Below, in pieces: positions 1-9,306 of a stretch of 59,787 nt of DNA. Within the stretch, counting starts at the first letter, position 1. Every line of letters starts with the position of its first letter. The position numbers were made by a program, and so were the translations under genes. The notes under the pieces are model-generated. The model saw only the letters and a program-made list of their open reading frames with translations. It was not told the origin of the DNA and ran no database searches. Source of the DNA: Minisyncoccota bacterium (GTDB lineage Bacteria > Patescibacteriota > Minisyncoccia > JAHIHE01 > JAGLIN01); NCBI GenBank assembly GCA_028691985.1, contig JAQUYG010000004.1:1-59787 (forward strand). Direction: 5' to 3'.

Positions 1-9
1 AATTGACTG

Positions 10-81
10 CTCCGCGAGAGGGACTCGAACCCCCGACCAATTGGTTAACAGCCAACTGCTCTACCACTGAGCTATCGCGGA
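10..81 (-). tRNA. tRNA-Asn (anticodon GTT), CCA not encoded
   Basis: The reverse complement folds as a cloverleaf: acceptor TCCGCGA/TCGCGGA, D-arm GCTC-AGTGGTA-GAGC, anticodon stem GTTGG/CCAAT with loop CTGTTAA, T-arm GGGGG-TTCGAGT-CCCTC. Discriminator G is followed by CAG, not CCA. Confidence 0.9.
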
Positions 82-272
82 ATATGTATTTTTCAGACTA
101 CAAACTTAAGTATAATGTTTTTTTGATTTTCGTCAAGGTAAAAAATAAATTCGATACACAAGCCAGAAATAAGCAAAATATGCCACAAAAACACGCAGGA
201 AACGGCTTAAAAACCGTTCCCTGTAAAACAATAGGCCAAACAAAGATCAAACTGAGCTAAAAACGAAAATGT

Positions 273-1757
273 CTAATAATCCATTAACTTCTTGACGCTG
301 CGATGTTTACGGATGCGCTCGAGGGCTTTTGCCTCAATCTGACGGATTCGCTCTCTGGTAACCCCGAATTCCTGCCCGATCTCCTCTAAAGTATGAGTCA
401 CTCCATCTTCCAGCCCGAAACGCATTTTTAGGATTTTTTGCTCTCGAGGCGACAATTCAACCAGTATCTCACGAACATATTCTTTTAGAAGCTGTCTTCC
501 TGCCATCTGCGAAGGAAGAACGGTCTCTGTGTCCTCGATAAAATCCCGAAGTGTACTTTCGTCGTCATCTTCACCGATTGAAGTTTCCAAAGAAATCGTA
601 TCCTGTGAAATTTTCATGATGTGACGAACTTTCTCCACCTCAATGTCCATTTCCGAAGCGATTTCCTCCGGCAACGGCTCGCGCCCCAAATCCTGCACCA
701 GTCGCCTTACCACCTGAGAAAACTTATTAATTGTCTCCACCATATGCACTGGAATCCTGATCGTTCTTGATTGATCAGCAATGGCACGCGTGATTGCCTG
801 ACGAATCCACCATGTCGCATAAGTCGAAAATTTATATCCTTTCTTATAATCAAATTTTTCTACCGCACGGAAAAGCCCGATATTCCCCTCTTGTATCAGA
901 TCCAAAAGGCTCAAGTTAGAGCTTCGACCGACATATTTTTTGGCGATACTTACAACCAAACGCAAATTCGCCTCTGCCAGCTGCTGTCTTGCCGCGACAT
1001 CTCCCTTTTCCTTTCTCTTGGCAAGCATAATCTCTTCATCTCCCGACAAAAGAGGGACCCTTCCGATTTCTCGAAGATACATCTGTACCGAATCGTTTGA
1101 GATGTTATCCAAGGAGAGATTTTTCATCTCATTTTCAACTTCCTTCTTTGTCTTTTTGCTCTCGTCAGCAGCCTCTTCTGATAAATCGATTATGTCCACC
1201 GATTCCTCTATTTTTATGTTCTGCTTCTCCAATTCATCATAGATTTCCTCGAGTCTTTCAATATCTTCTTCAATGTCAGGAAATATATGGATTATCTCCT
1301 GCTCTGTCACAAAACCTTTAGATTTACCACGATTCATAAGTTCTGCCAGCTTCTTATCTTCATCCGTAAGAACGACATTGCCCATTTCGTTTTCTTTGAG
1401 TTCAACTTTTTTTGTCACTTCAAGTGCCTTATTGATCTTCACAGAGGGCTTTATTTTGGCAGACAGTTTCTTCGCCGCAATCGGTTTTTTTACAATCTTC
1501 TCCGCCTTCGTTTTCGAGATAGGAGTTTTTTTCACTTTCTTAGCCGGTACAACCTTCTCCGCTTTTTTTACTACCATCCCTTCCTTTTTCATCACTTTTT
1601 TCTTATATATTACTTGCCCTGACACCTTCGCTGTTTTTTTCACCACCACTTTCTTGCCCATAAGCTTTACGGCCTTACTTTCTTTAGCAGAAGACTTTTT
1701 CACCACCTTTTTCAAGACTTTACTGCCTTGGCTTTTTTTGTTTTTATCTGACCTCAT
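273..1757 (-). CDS. rpoD: RNA polymerase sigma-70 factor RpoD with a lysine-rich N-terminal extension
   Basis: 494-aa ORF. Region 2 is [40 protein letters not shown]; region 4 is [24 protein letters not shown]. It lies directly downstream of dnaG. The first ~125 aa are K/V/A-rich. Confidence 0.95.
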   Translation of the reverse strand: MRSDKNKKSQGSKVLKKVVKKSSAKESKAVKLMGKKVVVKKTAKVSGQVIYKKKVMKKEGMVVKKAEKVVPAKKVKKTPISKTKAEKIVKKPIAAKKLSAKIKPSVKINKALEVTKKVELKENEMGNVVLTDEDKKLAELMNRGKSKGFVTEQEIIHIFPDIEEDIERLEEIYDELEKQNIKIEESVDIIDLSEEAADESKKTKKEVENEMKNLSLDNISNDSVQMYLREIGRVPLLSGDEEIMLAKRKEKGDVAARQQLAEANLRLVVSIAKKYVGRSSNLSLLDLIQEGNIGLFRAVEKFDYKKGYKFSTYATWWIRQAITRAIADQSRTIRIPVHMVETINKFSQVVRRLVQDLGREPLPEEIASEMDIEVEKVRHIMKISQDTISLETSIGEDDDESTLRDFIEDTETVLPSQMAGRQLLKEYVREILVELSPREQKILKMRFGLEDGVTHTLEEIGQEFGVTRERIRQIEAKALERIRKHRSVKKLMDY

Positions 1758-1793
1758 AATTATTCTAGATAAAAATTAAAATCAAAATAACGA

Positions 1794-3605
1794 TCAAAAA
1801 CCTATCGTTCCTAATTCATCCATCAGTCGGGATTGTTCTTTGAAAAGTTTTTCAAGAAGCGCACCGTCATTTTCTTTTTCGGCTTTTTTTATGCGTAATT
1901 CAGTGTCCCTGAGTCCCCTTTTGATGAAAATCTCTTTAAGACTAGAAACGCATTTTTCTGCTTCTTTGGAAAGATCAAACCCTTCCTCGTCCAGATGAGA
2001 TTCAATACTAAAAACGGCAGCATCAAATACAAAGCCGGGATTTATGGAACCTTTCGGACAAGAATCCTTATCCGCTATCTTTTTTCTTATTTGTTCCAAA
2101 TCCTCTTTTGTAAGCGACCCTTTCTGCTTATAGTACCCTTTTATTTCATTATATATATTCAAAAAAATCTCATCTTCTAAAATTTGGTCCAGCTCCCCGA
2201 AAAGTATGCTGAACTTTTCCGGGCTAGCAATCACAAGCCCGAGCAAGCTCTCCTGAAGTTTGAATTCTCTGCTTACCTTTACCGGAGAGGCTTCTGTTTT
2301 CTTTCTTTCCGTTCCGCCTGTTTTTTGTCTTTTGTTCGTTTCCCGCAGCACCTCTTCTAAAACATTTTCTTCGATTCCGATTTCTGATGACAATTTCTGT
2401 AAATAAAAGCTCTGTTCAATCCTGTTGGAAATTCTGGCAATCATCGTAAGCAGTTCCTGTGCAATCTTTTTCTTACCTTCTATATCCCCTTTATCGTATT
2501 TATCAAAAACACTCTCAAAATAAAAATCCATCACCTTGATTGTTTTTTCTGCCGCGCTGCGCCACAACTCCGGATCGCTCTTAACACAATCGGCCGGGTC
2601 CTTGTCTCCAGGAACTCTTATGACGCTGACATTCATCCCTTCCGCCAGGGCCATATCTATCCCCCGACCTGAAGCTTTCACTCCCGCCGCATCCATATCG
2701 AAAGAAAAAACTATGTTGTTTGTGTACCTTTTTATGATTCGAAGCTGCTCCTCCGTGAGCGCCGTCCCTGAAGTCGCCGTCACATTCTCAACTCCCGCCT
2801 GAAAGGAAGCAATTACATCCACATTCCCTTCTACCATAATACACTGATCTTTCTGCCTTATCGGGATTTTTGACTTATCCAGACCATAAAGAACCCTGCC
2901 CTTGTTATAAATCGGAGTCTCCGGCGTATTGATGTACTTGGCGCTCGACTCGTCCCCTCCTGGCATCACGCGAGAACTGAAACCTATCGTCTGTCCGGAA
3001 ATATTATTTATCGGGAACATAATTCTTCCCCGGAATCGATCATAAACTTTTCCCTTTTCGTTTTTTACCGCCATTCCGGCAAGCAAAATATCCTTTTCTT
3101 TAAAACCTTTCTTAATCAGATATTCGCTCAACAGATGCCACGAATCTGGAGCGAACCCCAACTCAAACTTCGTGATTATCTCTCCTGAAATACCTCGCCC
3201 TTCTAAATATTCATACGCCTTTTTGCCCCCTTTTATTTTAAGACATTCTCTATAAAATCTTTTAGAAAGATCAACTATCTCCAGCAAGACACCTTTTTCA
3301 CTAACACCCCTGTATTCTGTTTTTTGTAGTTGAACTCCGGCTTTTTCTGCGAGCAGTTTTAACGAATCTATAAACTCGACGCCCTCTATTTTCATAACGA
3401 ACGAAAAAATATCTCCACCCTCGCCGCAGCCGAAACAATGCCAGGTTTGCCTTTCTGGACTCACTATAAAAGAAGGTGATTTTTCGTTATGAAACGGACA
3501 ACAAGCTTTCAGATTTCTTCCGGCACGCTGAAGTTGCAAATAACCACCCACCACATCTTCAATACTTAGTTTTGATTTTATCTCGTCGACGGATGAATCC
3601 TGCAT
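1794..3605 (-). CDS. dnaG: DNA primase DnaG
   Basis: 603-aa ORF with the CHC2 zinc finger CPFHNEKSPSF...WHCFGCGEGGD and TOPRIM motifs (MVEGNVDV, FDMDAAG). Conserved dnaG-rpoD pairing. Confidence 0.93.
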   Translation of the reverse strand: MQDSSVDEIKSKLSIEDVVGGYLQLQRAGRNLKACCPFHNEKSPSFIVSPERQTWHCFGCGEGGDIFSFVMKIEGVEFIDSLKLLAEKAGVQLQKTEYRGVSEKGVLLEIVDLSKRFYRECLKIKGGKKAYEYLEGRGISGEIITKFELGFAPDSWHLLSEYLIKKGFKEKDILLAGMAVKNEKGKVYDRFRGRIMFPINNISGQTIGFSSRVMPGGDESSAKYINTPETPIYNKGRVLYGLDKSKIPIRQKDQCIMVEGNVDVIASFQAGVENVTATSGTALTEEQLRIIKRYTNNIVFSFDMDAAGVKASGRGIDMALAEGMNVSVIRVPGDKDPADCVKSDPELWRSAAEKTIKVMDFYFESVFDKYDKGDIEGKKKIAQELLTMIARISNRIEQSFYLQKLSSEIGIEENVLEEVLRETNKRQKTGGTERKKTEASPVKVSREFKLQESLLGLVIASPEKFSILFGELDQILEDEIFLNIYNEIKGYYKQKGSLTKEDLEQIRKKIADKDSCPKGSINPGFVFDAAVFSIESHLDEEGFDLSKEAEKCVSSLKEIFIKRGLRDTELRIKKAEKENDGALLEKLFKEQSRLMDELGTIGF

Positions 3606-3690
3606 AAAATAAATATAACTTCTCTATGTTGAAGATTAGCATTTTCTCTGCCACAGGTCAAACAAAATACTGTCTACCCTGAATCAGTCC

Positions 3691-4098
3691 CTATTTTCTT
3701 ATCCAACTCTTTCCAGAATCTTTCTTGTACGCTCTAATCCTAGGATCCCTCGTAAAAGAAACCGACTGCTTGAATTCGCCGATATCTTCACTTCCACAGA
3801 AAGGACAAATATAACACCCTCCCTTATTCCTATCCAATCTCCGGAATTTAAGTGCATACGAAACACTCAAAACTACACGCCTCCAGAAATGCCGCTTGGC
3901 GAAATAATAATAAGCCTCGTGTTCGCTGATCGGCATCTGCTCCCGAGGACACTCCGGATTCCGGCATATGAGCGCATCAGACCCATAACGCACTGAGTAC
4001 TTCCAGTCCGAAGACGGATTAAAATCATCCCAATCTTTATAAGACTTGAAGTGATTCTTGAAAAGATATTTTTGATACCAAATCTTTCTTCTCTTCAT
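3691..4098 (-). CDS. Hypothetical protein with two Cys pairs (zinc-ribbon-like)
   Basis: 135-aa ORF with CRNPEC and CYICPFCG motifs. I recognise no family. Confidence 0.5.
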   Translation of the reverse strand: MKRRKIWYQKYLFKNHFKSYKDWDDFNPSSDWKYSVRYGSDALICRNPECPREQMPISEHEAYYYFAKRHFWRRVVLSVSYALKFRRLDRNKGGCYICPFCGSEDIGEFKQSVSFTRDPRIRAYKKDSGKSWIRK

Positions 4099-4116
4099 TT
4101 TTCAGAGTTTATTCTC

Positions 4117-4150
4117 TACAAAATAAAAGCATACCACGAAGGTATGCTTT
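4117..4150 (-). terminator. Rho-independent terminator downstream of fusA (symmetric, could act in both directions)
   Basis: 10-bp stem AAAGCATACC / GGTATGCTTT (4126-4135 / 4141-4150) with loop ACGAA. A T-rich run (TTTTATTTTG) follows on the minus strand. Confidence 0.75.
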
Positions 4151-4173
4151 TTGCAAAATATCTGAAAAAATAT

Positions 4174-6249
4174 TTATTTGTTCTTCTCCATAAGTTCAAG
4201 AGCGAGATTCTTTGGAAGTTCTTCGTACTTCTCAAATTCCATTGAGTAACTTGCTCTTCCCTGACTCATAGAACGGATCTGGGTTGAATAGCCAAACATA
4301 GAATTCAAAGGCACATGAGCAGTAATGACTTTAATGCCATTTCCGCGGTCACCCATATTCTCGATCTGTCCACGCTTGGAGCTCAAATCACCAACAATGT
4401 CACCCATAAACTGCTCTGGAGTAACGACCTCGACCTTCATTATAGGTTCAAGAATCATAGGATCAGCCTTTTTAAAAGCCGACTGAAAAGCGAGGGATCC
4501 GGCAATCTTGAAAGCAGCTTCAGAAGAGTCAACTTCGTGGTAAGATCCATCGTAAACGGTTGCCTTGATGTCGATAACAGGATAGCCGGCGAGAACACCT
4601 CTTGCCATTGCTTCTTCAATTCCCTTCTGAATAGGTTTGATATATTCCTGAGGAATAACACCTCCCTTGATTTCATTGACAAACTCGAATCCCTTGCCCT
4701 CTTCAAGCGGTTCGATGCGAATCCAACAATGTCCGTATTGTCCACGTCCACCTGACTGACGTACATATTTTCCTTCAGCTTCAGAATTTCCTTTGATAGC
4801 TTCACGATATGCTACCCTAGGCTTTCCGACATTGGCTTCTACCTTCATCTCACGCATAAGCCTGTCCACGAGAACTTCCAAGTGAAGCTCTCCCATTCCA
4901 GCAATGATAGTCTGTCCAGTTTCTTCATCAGTATGAACCTTAAATGTAGGATCTTCATCAGCAAGTTTCTTGAGTCCGAAGCCCATCTTTTCCTGGTCAG
5001 CTTTAGTCTTTGGCTCGATAGCCACCTGCATAACTGGATCAGGAAAAGTCATTTGTTCTAAGATAACCGGGAATTTTTCGTCGCACAAAGTATTTCCAGT
5101 CGTGGTATTTTTAAGTCCGACGGTAGCCGCGATTCCTCCGGCATAAACCTCTGTAATCTCCTCGCGGTGATTAGCGTGCATTCGAAGGATACGACTGATT
5201 CTTTCTCTTTCCCCGGTACTAGAATTCAAGACATAGGTTCCAGTCTTCAAAACCCCAGAGTATACCCTGAAAAAAGTCAGCTGTCCAACAAAGGGATCAG
5301 TAGCGACCTTGAAAGCCAAAATAGAAAGAGGCTCATTGTCATCAGTTTTTCTCTCAACTTCTTGCTCAGTTTTGGGATCAATCCCTTTGATAGCAGGCAC
5401 ATCAATTGGAGACGGAAGATAAGCAATGACTCCGTCCAGTACTGGCTGAACTCCTTTATTCTTAAGAGCAGTTCCGCAATATACAGGAAAAAGCTGAGTG
5501 TTGATGGTTGCTTTTCTTATACCCTTTACCAGTTCCTCTTCCGTAATTTCTTCGCTGGCAAGATATTTTTCCATAAGATCGTCGTTGAACTCGGCAACTT
5601 TTTCCACCAAAAGAGATCTCCATTCTTCAACTTTTTCCTTCATATCTTCAGGAACTTCTCCTTCTACCACAGCCTCTCCATTTGCTCCCTCAAAACGATA
5701 GGCCTTTCTCCTGACTAAGTCCACGGCTCCTTCAAAATTTTCTTCGATTCCAATTGGGAGTTGAACTGCAACCGCATTCCTGTTGAGCCTTTCCAAAATA
5801 GAATCAAAACTTCGATAAAAATCAGCCCCTATGCGATCCATCTTATTTATAAAGCAAATTCTTGGCACGACATATTTGTCCGCCTGATGCCACACAGTCT
5901 CACTCTGAGATTCTACACCAGCGACTCCATCAAAAACTACAACTCCACCATCAAGCACACGCAAACTTCGCTCCACCTCCACAGTGAAATCTACATGCCC
6001 CGGAGTATCAATCAAGTTGAATTGATGATCCTTCCAAATACAAGTAGTAGCAGCAGAAGTGATTGTAATCCCTCTTTCCTGCTCCTGTTCCATCCAGTCC
6101 ATAGTTGCTTCACCGTTGTGTACTTCTCCGATTTTGTGGCTCACTCCGGTAAAAAACAAAATTCTCTCAGAGGTAGTCGTCTTTCCGGCATCGATATGAG
6201 CGATGATTCCGAAGTTTCGTACCTTATCCATGGGGTATTGTCTTGGCAT
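4174..6249 (-). CDS. fusA: Translation elongation factor G
   Basis: 691-aa ORF with G-domain motifs [17 protein letters not shown] and NKMD. Full EF-G domain order through the C-terminal GRASYSMEF. Confidence 0.95.
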   Translation of the reverse strand: MPRQYPMDKVRNFGIIAHIDAGKTTTSERILFFTGVSHKIGEVHNGEATMDWMEQEQERGITITSAATTCIWKDHQFNLIDTPGHVDFTVEVERSLRVLDGGVVVFDGVAGVESQSETVWHQADKYVVPRICFINKMDRIGADFYRSFDSILERLNRNAVAVQLPIGIEENFEGAVDLVRRKAYRFEGANGEAVVEGEVPEDMKEKVEEWRSLLVEKVAEFNDDLMEKYLASEEITEEELVKGIRKATINTQLFPVYCGTALKNKGVQPVLDGVIAYLPSPIDVPAIKGIDPKTEQEVERKTDDNEPLSILAFKVATDPFVGQLTFFRVYSGVLKTGTYVLNSSTGERERISRILRMHANHREEITEVYAGGIAATVGLKNTTTGNTLCDEKFPVILEQMTFPDPVMQVAIEPKTKADQEKMGFGLKKLADEDPTFKVHTDEETGQTIIAGMGELHLEVLVDRLMREMKVEANVGKPRVAYREAIKGNSEAEGKYVRQSGGRGQYGHCWIRIEPLEEGKGFEFVNEIKGGVIPQEYIKPIQKGIEEAMARGVLAGYPVIDIKATVYDGSYHEVDSSEAAFKIAGSLAFQSAFKKADPMILEPIMKVEVVTPEQFMGDIVGDLSSKRGQIENMGDRGNGIKVITAHVPLNSMFGYSTQIRSMSQGRASYSMEFEKYEELPKNLALELMEKNK

Positions 6250-6347
6250 ATTTTTTCTTAACTTAAATTAATTTTAAAGCTTATTGGATAGACATAAACC
6301 ACCAGCCTTCGAGGCTGGCGAATTTTTCCTTTTCCTTTCACTCGGCT

Positions 6348-6376
6348 ATTATATTATAAAAAGTTATGGGTGTCAA
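6348..6376 (-). promoter_or_regulatory. Consensus sigma-70 promoter for fusA
   Basis: On the minus strand: TTGACA (6376-6371), 17-nt spacer, TATAAT (6353-6348). It sits about 95 nt upstream of the fusA ATG and overlaps the stop codon of the upstream ORF. Confidence 0.7.
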
Positions 6377-7830
6377 TTTTGCAGATTATATTGCCGATAT
6401 TCCATAAAAGCCTCATTGGCGGCGCTTTCCGAGGAACAATCGGATTTTTCATTCCATTTTGATTGATCAAGTACTGCATATTTTATTTTAGTGTCATCAA
6501 CCCAATGAACATCAAAAGAACAACCGAGATAACACATAGGCCCGAATGTCTCATTGCCAGATAAATTCAAGACATTTTCAGTCTTTTCTTCTGAAAGGCT
6601 TACCAACTGCAGAGATTGCATCTTCCAACTGCACATTTCTTGCTCTGAGAAGGGGTTATCATCCGGAATCCATAAAGCCTTTTCATTATTCGGAGATGTT
6701 TCATAATATCCCTGAAAATTATCAAATACCTCGTTTAATTTCGATTTTGTAAAACTGCAGCCATTCACATCAAAAACATATATGTACCCACTACCATTAT
6801 CAGTCTCAGAATAAACCGAACGAAAAAAGACCTTATCCGAATCATTCGGCTGAGCAAAATCCACAAGGATTAAGTTGAATTGTTCCTTAAGCTCCGGCAA
6901 GGACTCTTTTATGCTCTTCACAATAATGGTTTCTTCCCCAGTATCCCGATTTTTACGGACAAGCTTCTGCTCGTAATTCTCGATAGAATACGGTTCATAA
7001 AAAACCAGCTTATATTCGTAATATTTCGTACTAAGGTCTTCTTCTTTATCATTTGCACATAAATTATATTCTTCTACCTGCACTTCACTCCCATCTTCCT
7101 CTCCTGTCGCAAATATTCCACTCCCATCTCCCGCCACGAAATGACTGACAAGAAAAGACTTGATTGCTGGATATTCCCCTTCGGCAAGATTTTCAGAATA
7201 TTCCGTCTTCTCGTTAGTCACAGTTTCCTCATCGACAATTTTAAGGTCCTTCTTATCCACGCGATAAAACCATTCATCATATTTAGGAGAATATAAATAT
7301 AGGTATAAATCGCTACCCGAAATCGACCACCCGCGCTCTCCATAGACAATCTCTTCCAAACCATCCTCGTCTATATCCACAACATCAATATTCTCAAAAT
7401 TCTTTTGTCTCTGATGCTCAACGGAGTCTTCCTTTTTTGTCATAACGGCATATTCCCCTTCCTGCTTATCCAAAACGAACAGCAGTCCCTCTCTATCATA
7501 GTTATCCCCCTCCCAGCACACCCCCGCAACCTCACTATCCTCGTCATCGTCGGCATTCAAAAAAAGAGGCTGATCCACATTATATCCCTCCTTAAGACAA
7601 AAATACCCTGCAATTTCGAGCGCAGTCTTGCCGTCTTCTCTGATTTCTTCTTCATCACTAAGTACTATTTTCTGCGCGTTTATGAAACCTCCATCATCCT
7701 CTGGAAACAATCTGACCAAACAGCTTCGAATTATAATCACAGAAAGAATAGCAAAAAACAAAATGACCAATATACTTTTCAAATCGAATTTAGAAGACTT
7801 AGAAGATTTTTTATTTTGAAATCCATCCAT
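6373..7830 (-). CDS. Hypothetical membrane-anchored protein
   Basis: Long ORF. I prefer the internal ATG at 7830 (MDGFQNKK...), which is followed by a single TM segment ILVILFFAILSVIIIRSCLV. I recognise no family. Confidence 0.6.
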   Translation of the reverse strand: MDGFQNKKSSKSSKFDLKSILVILFFAILSVIIIRSCLVRLFPEDDGGFINAQKIVLSDEEEIREDGKTALEIAGYFCLKEGYNVDQPLFLNADDDEDSEVAGVCWEGDNYDREGLLFVLDKQEGEYAVMTKKEDSVEHQRQKNFENIDVVDIDEDGLEEIVYGERGWSISGSDLYLYLYSPKYDEWFYRVDKKDLKIVDEETVTNEKTEYSENLAEGEYPAIKSFLVSHFVAGDGSGIFATGEEDGSEVQVEEYNLCANDKEEDLSTKYYEYKLVFYEPYSIENYEQKLVRKNRDTGEETIIVKSIKESLPELKEQFNLILVDFAQPNDSDKVFFRSVYSETDNGSGYIYVFDVNGCSFTKSKLNEVFDNFQGYYETSPNNEKALWIPDDNPFSEQEMCSWKMQSLQLVSLSEEKTENVLNLSGNETFGPMCYLGCSFDVHWVDDTKIKYAVLDQSKWNEKSDCSSESAANEAFMEYRQYNLQN

Positions 7831-8090
7831 GTTTTTGTTTTTATAAGAAATTTGCACAAAACGGATTAAGCAACCTGCAAGAATAAATCTTAAATTCATT
7901 CTATAACACTTTATAAAATATACAAAATAAAATACCACACGCCGACTAAACCCCTTAGATGTAAAAACAAATCCAATCCCGATTCCGCATCATTTTGATA
8001 AATTTTTAAGTGATGCGGAATAAAAAAGACATGCTCAAAGACATATCGATTTATCAAATAATCTAAATTACCATGACCCCACGGAACAAG

Positions 8091-8164
8091 TGGTCGCTGG
8101 TGGACTCGAACCACCGACCTTACGAATGTGAATCGTATGCTCTAACCAACTGAGCCAAGCGACC
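8091..8164 (-). tRNA. tRNA-Val (anticodon CAC), CCA not encoded
   Basis: The reverse complement is GGTCGCT-TG-GCTC-AGTTGGTTAG-AGC-A-TACGA-TTCACAT-TCGTA-AGGTC-GGTGG-TTCGAGT-CCACC-AGCGACC-A, a canonical cloverleaf. Confidence 0.9.
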
Positions 8165-8186
8165 TTGAACAAAGTCTATGATAAAC

Positions 8187-8618
8187 CTATTTCTTCAAAA
8201 AGACAAGCCAACTACTTTCTCTGCTTTTTCCCGATCCGAAGCCGCGAGTCTTTATAAGCTCATAATTCCCCTTGAAGATTTCTCCATGAAGCACAACAGA
8301 AATTTTATTGATCTTATTATCCTTATTTTTCCCAATTTCCAGAAATTCATATTCACCGCTATCAAATATCTTAACCTCTCCTGCGCCATAACCTTCCTCA
8401 ATTACGCCCTCAAAATCGATATAATCAACTGGATGATCCTCGACCGCGATGGCCAGTCTTTTTACTCCGACCTCATGTGAAAGGTTCTTAGGCACCGCCC
8501 AAGACCTGAGCACCCACTCACCTCCATCATCTTGCATCTCCAAGCGAAAATCAAAATGAAGATGCGAGGCATGATGCTCATGCACGACAAAGCGAAATTT
8601 TTTATTTTTATCTGCCAT
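8187..8618 (-). CDS. Stand-alone LigD 3'-phosphoesterase (PE) domain-like protein
   Basis: FRFVVHEHHASHLHFDFRLE ... WAVPKNLS ... AIAVEDHPVDYIDFEGVI matches the histidine-rich core I recall for the LigD PE domain. Start chosen at ATG 8618 (MADKNKK). Confidence 0.65.
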   Translation of the reverse strand: MADKNKKFRFVVHEHHASHLHFDFRLEMQDDGGEWVLRSWAVPKNLSHEVGVKRLAIAVEDHPVDYIDFEGVIEEGYGAGEVKIFDSGEYEFLEIGKNKDNKINKISVVLHGEIFKGNYELIKTRGFGSGKSRESSWLVFLKK

Positions 8619-8671
8619 TCGCTTATATGCTATTTTTACAGAATTAGCCCCCCCCAAGAAACAGCCTTAAC

Positions 8672-8694
8672 GCGGGAGCAGGTTTAAACCTGCT
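8672..8694. repeat. REP hairpin, left flank of the RAYT
   Basis: Contains the 18-nt palindrome AGCAGGTTTAAACCTGCT. It is followed by ACTT, resembling the CTGCTACTCC end of the dispersed doublets. Confidence 0.8.
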
Positions 8695-8705
8695 ACTTAA
8701 AAATT

Positions 8706-9206
8706 CTAAAACTCGGTATTTTCAACTTCTATCACACTTGTCGGATTCGCAGAAGACCAGAACCAATGCTCGGGAACTTGTATGTATTGCTTCCTTACTG
8801 GATTGTTATGAATATAATTTATCTTTTGCTTAAAATAATCTTCCGATTCTATAATTTTCGGCATATTAGTCTTTTGCCAGAATTCCCATTTTTCATTAGC
8901 TTGAAATAATTTTATTACATCCGGCTCGGTTGCAATAATATTTTTGATAATTTCACTAGCAGTATATCTCTTAAAATCCCTTACAAAAGCAATCATATCA
9001 GGTGCCGACACTATCATATGAACATGATTTACCATAAAAACATAAGCGTACAACTTCAGACTTTTGTGCTTCTGACAATATTTTATAGAATCGGCAAGAA
9101 TTTTAAAGCGATTATGTCTGTCAAAGATGTAGTACCAGTTCTTCACCGTAAAAGTTATAAAGTATATTTCGGAATTTAACTCTTTGGATATTCTTATGGA
9201 TGGCAT
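8706..9206 (-). CDS. REP-associated tyrosine transposase (RAYT) / IS200-like HUH-Y1 transposase
   Basis: 166-aa ORF with the HUH motif VNHVHMIV and the catalytic-Tyr region YIHNNPVRKQY. Size and motif order match the Y1_Tnp family. Confidence 0.8.
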   Translation of the reverse strand: MPSIRISKELNSEIYFITFTVKNWYYIFDRHNRFKILADSIKYCQKHKSLKLYAYVFMVNHVHMIVSAPDMIAFVRDFKRYTASEIIKNIIATEPDVIKLFQANEKWEFWQKTNMPKIIESEDYFKQKINYIHNNPVRKQYIQVPEHWFWSSANPTSVIEVENTEF

Positions 9207-9254
9207 AAGATTTTAGAATTAAATAGTATTTTATTTCAAAAAAGAACCTAGGAG

Positions 9255-9277
9255 AGCAGGTTTAAACCTGCTCCCGC
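9255..9277. repeat. REP hairpin, right flank of the RAYT (inverted copy of 8672-8694)
   Basis: AGCAGGTTTAAACCTGCTCCCGC is the exact reverse complement of the left REP. Confidence 0.8.
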
Positions 9278-9306
9278 AAATAAGGACTTCCACAAGAGAG
9301 ATGAAG

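Larger units (their letters stand above)
8672..9277 (-). mobile_element. RAYT / IS200-like unit: Y1 transposase gene flanked by inverted REP hairpins
   Basis: The 23-bp GCGGGAGCAGGTTTAAACCTGCT at 8672-8694 is the exact reverse complement of 9255-9277. The two copies bracket the transposase ORF. Confidence 0.75.

Noticed and set aside
771-1779. Plus-strand ORFs antisense to rpoD, and the many similar shadow ORFs opposite fusA, alaS, dnaE, thrS, aspS, uvrB, typA and others
   Set aside because: They lie antisense to strongly supported conserved genes and show low-complexity S/F/L-rich translations typical of shadow frames.
7911-8114. The tracked 67-aa ORF, and similarly 3..260
   Set aside because: These ORFs overlap tRNA-Val and tRNA-Asn respectively and have no coding features, so they are spurious.
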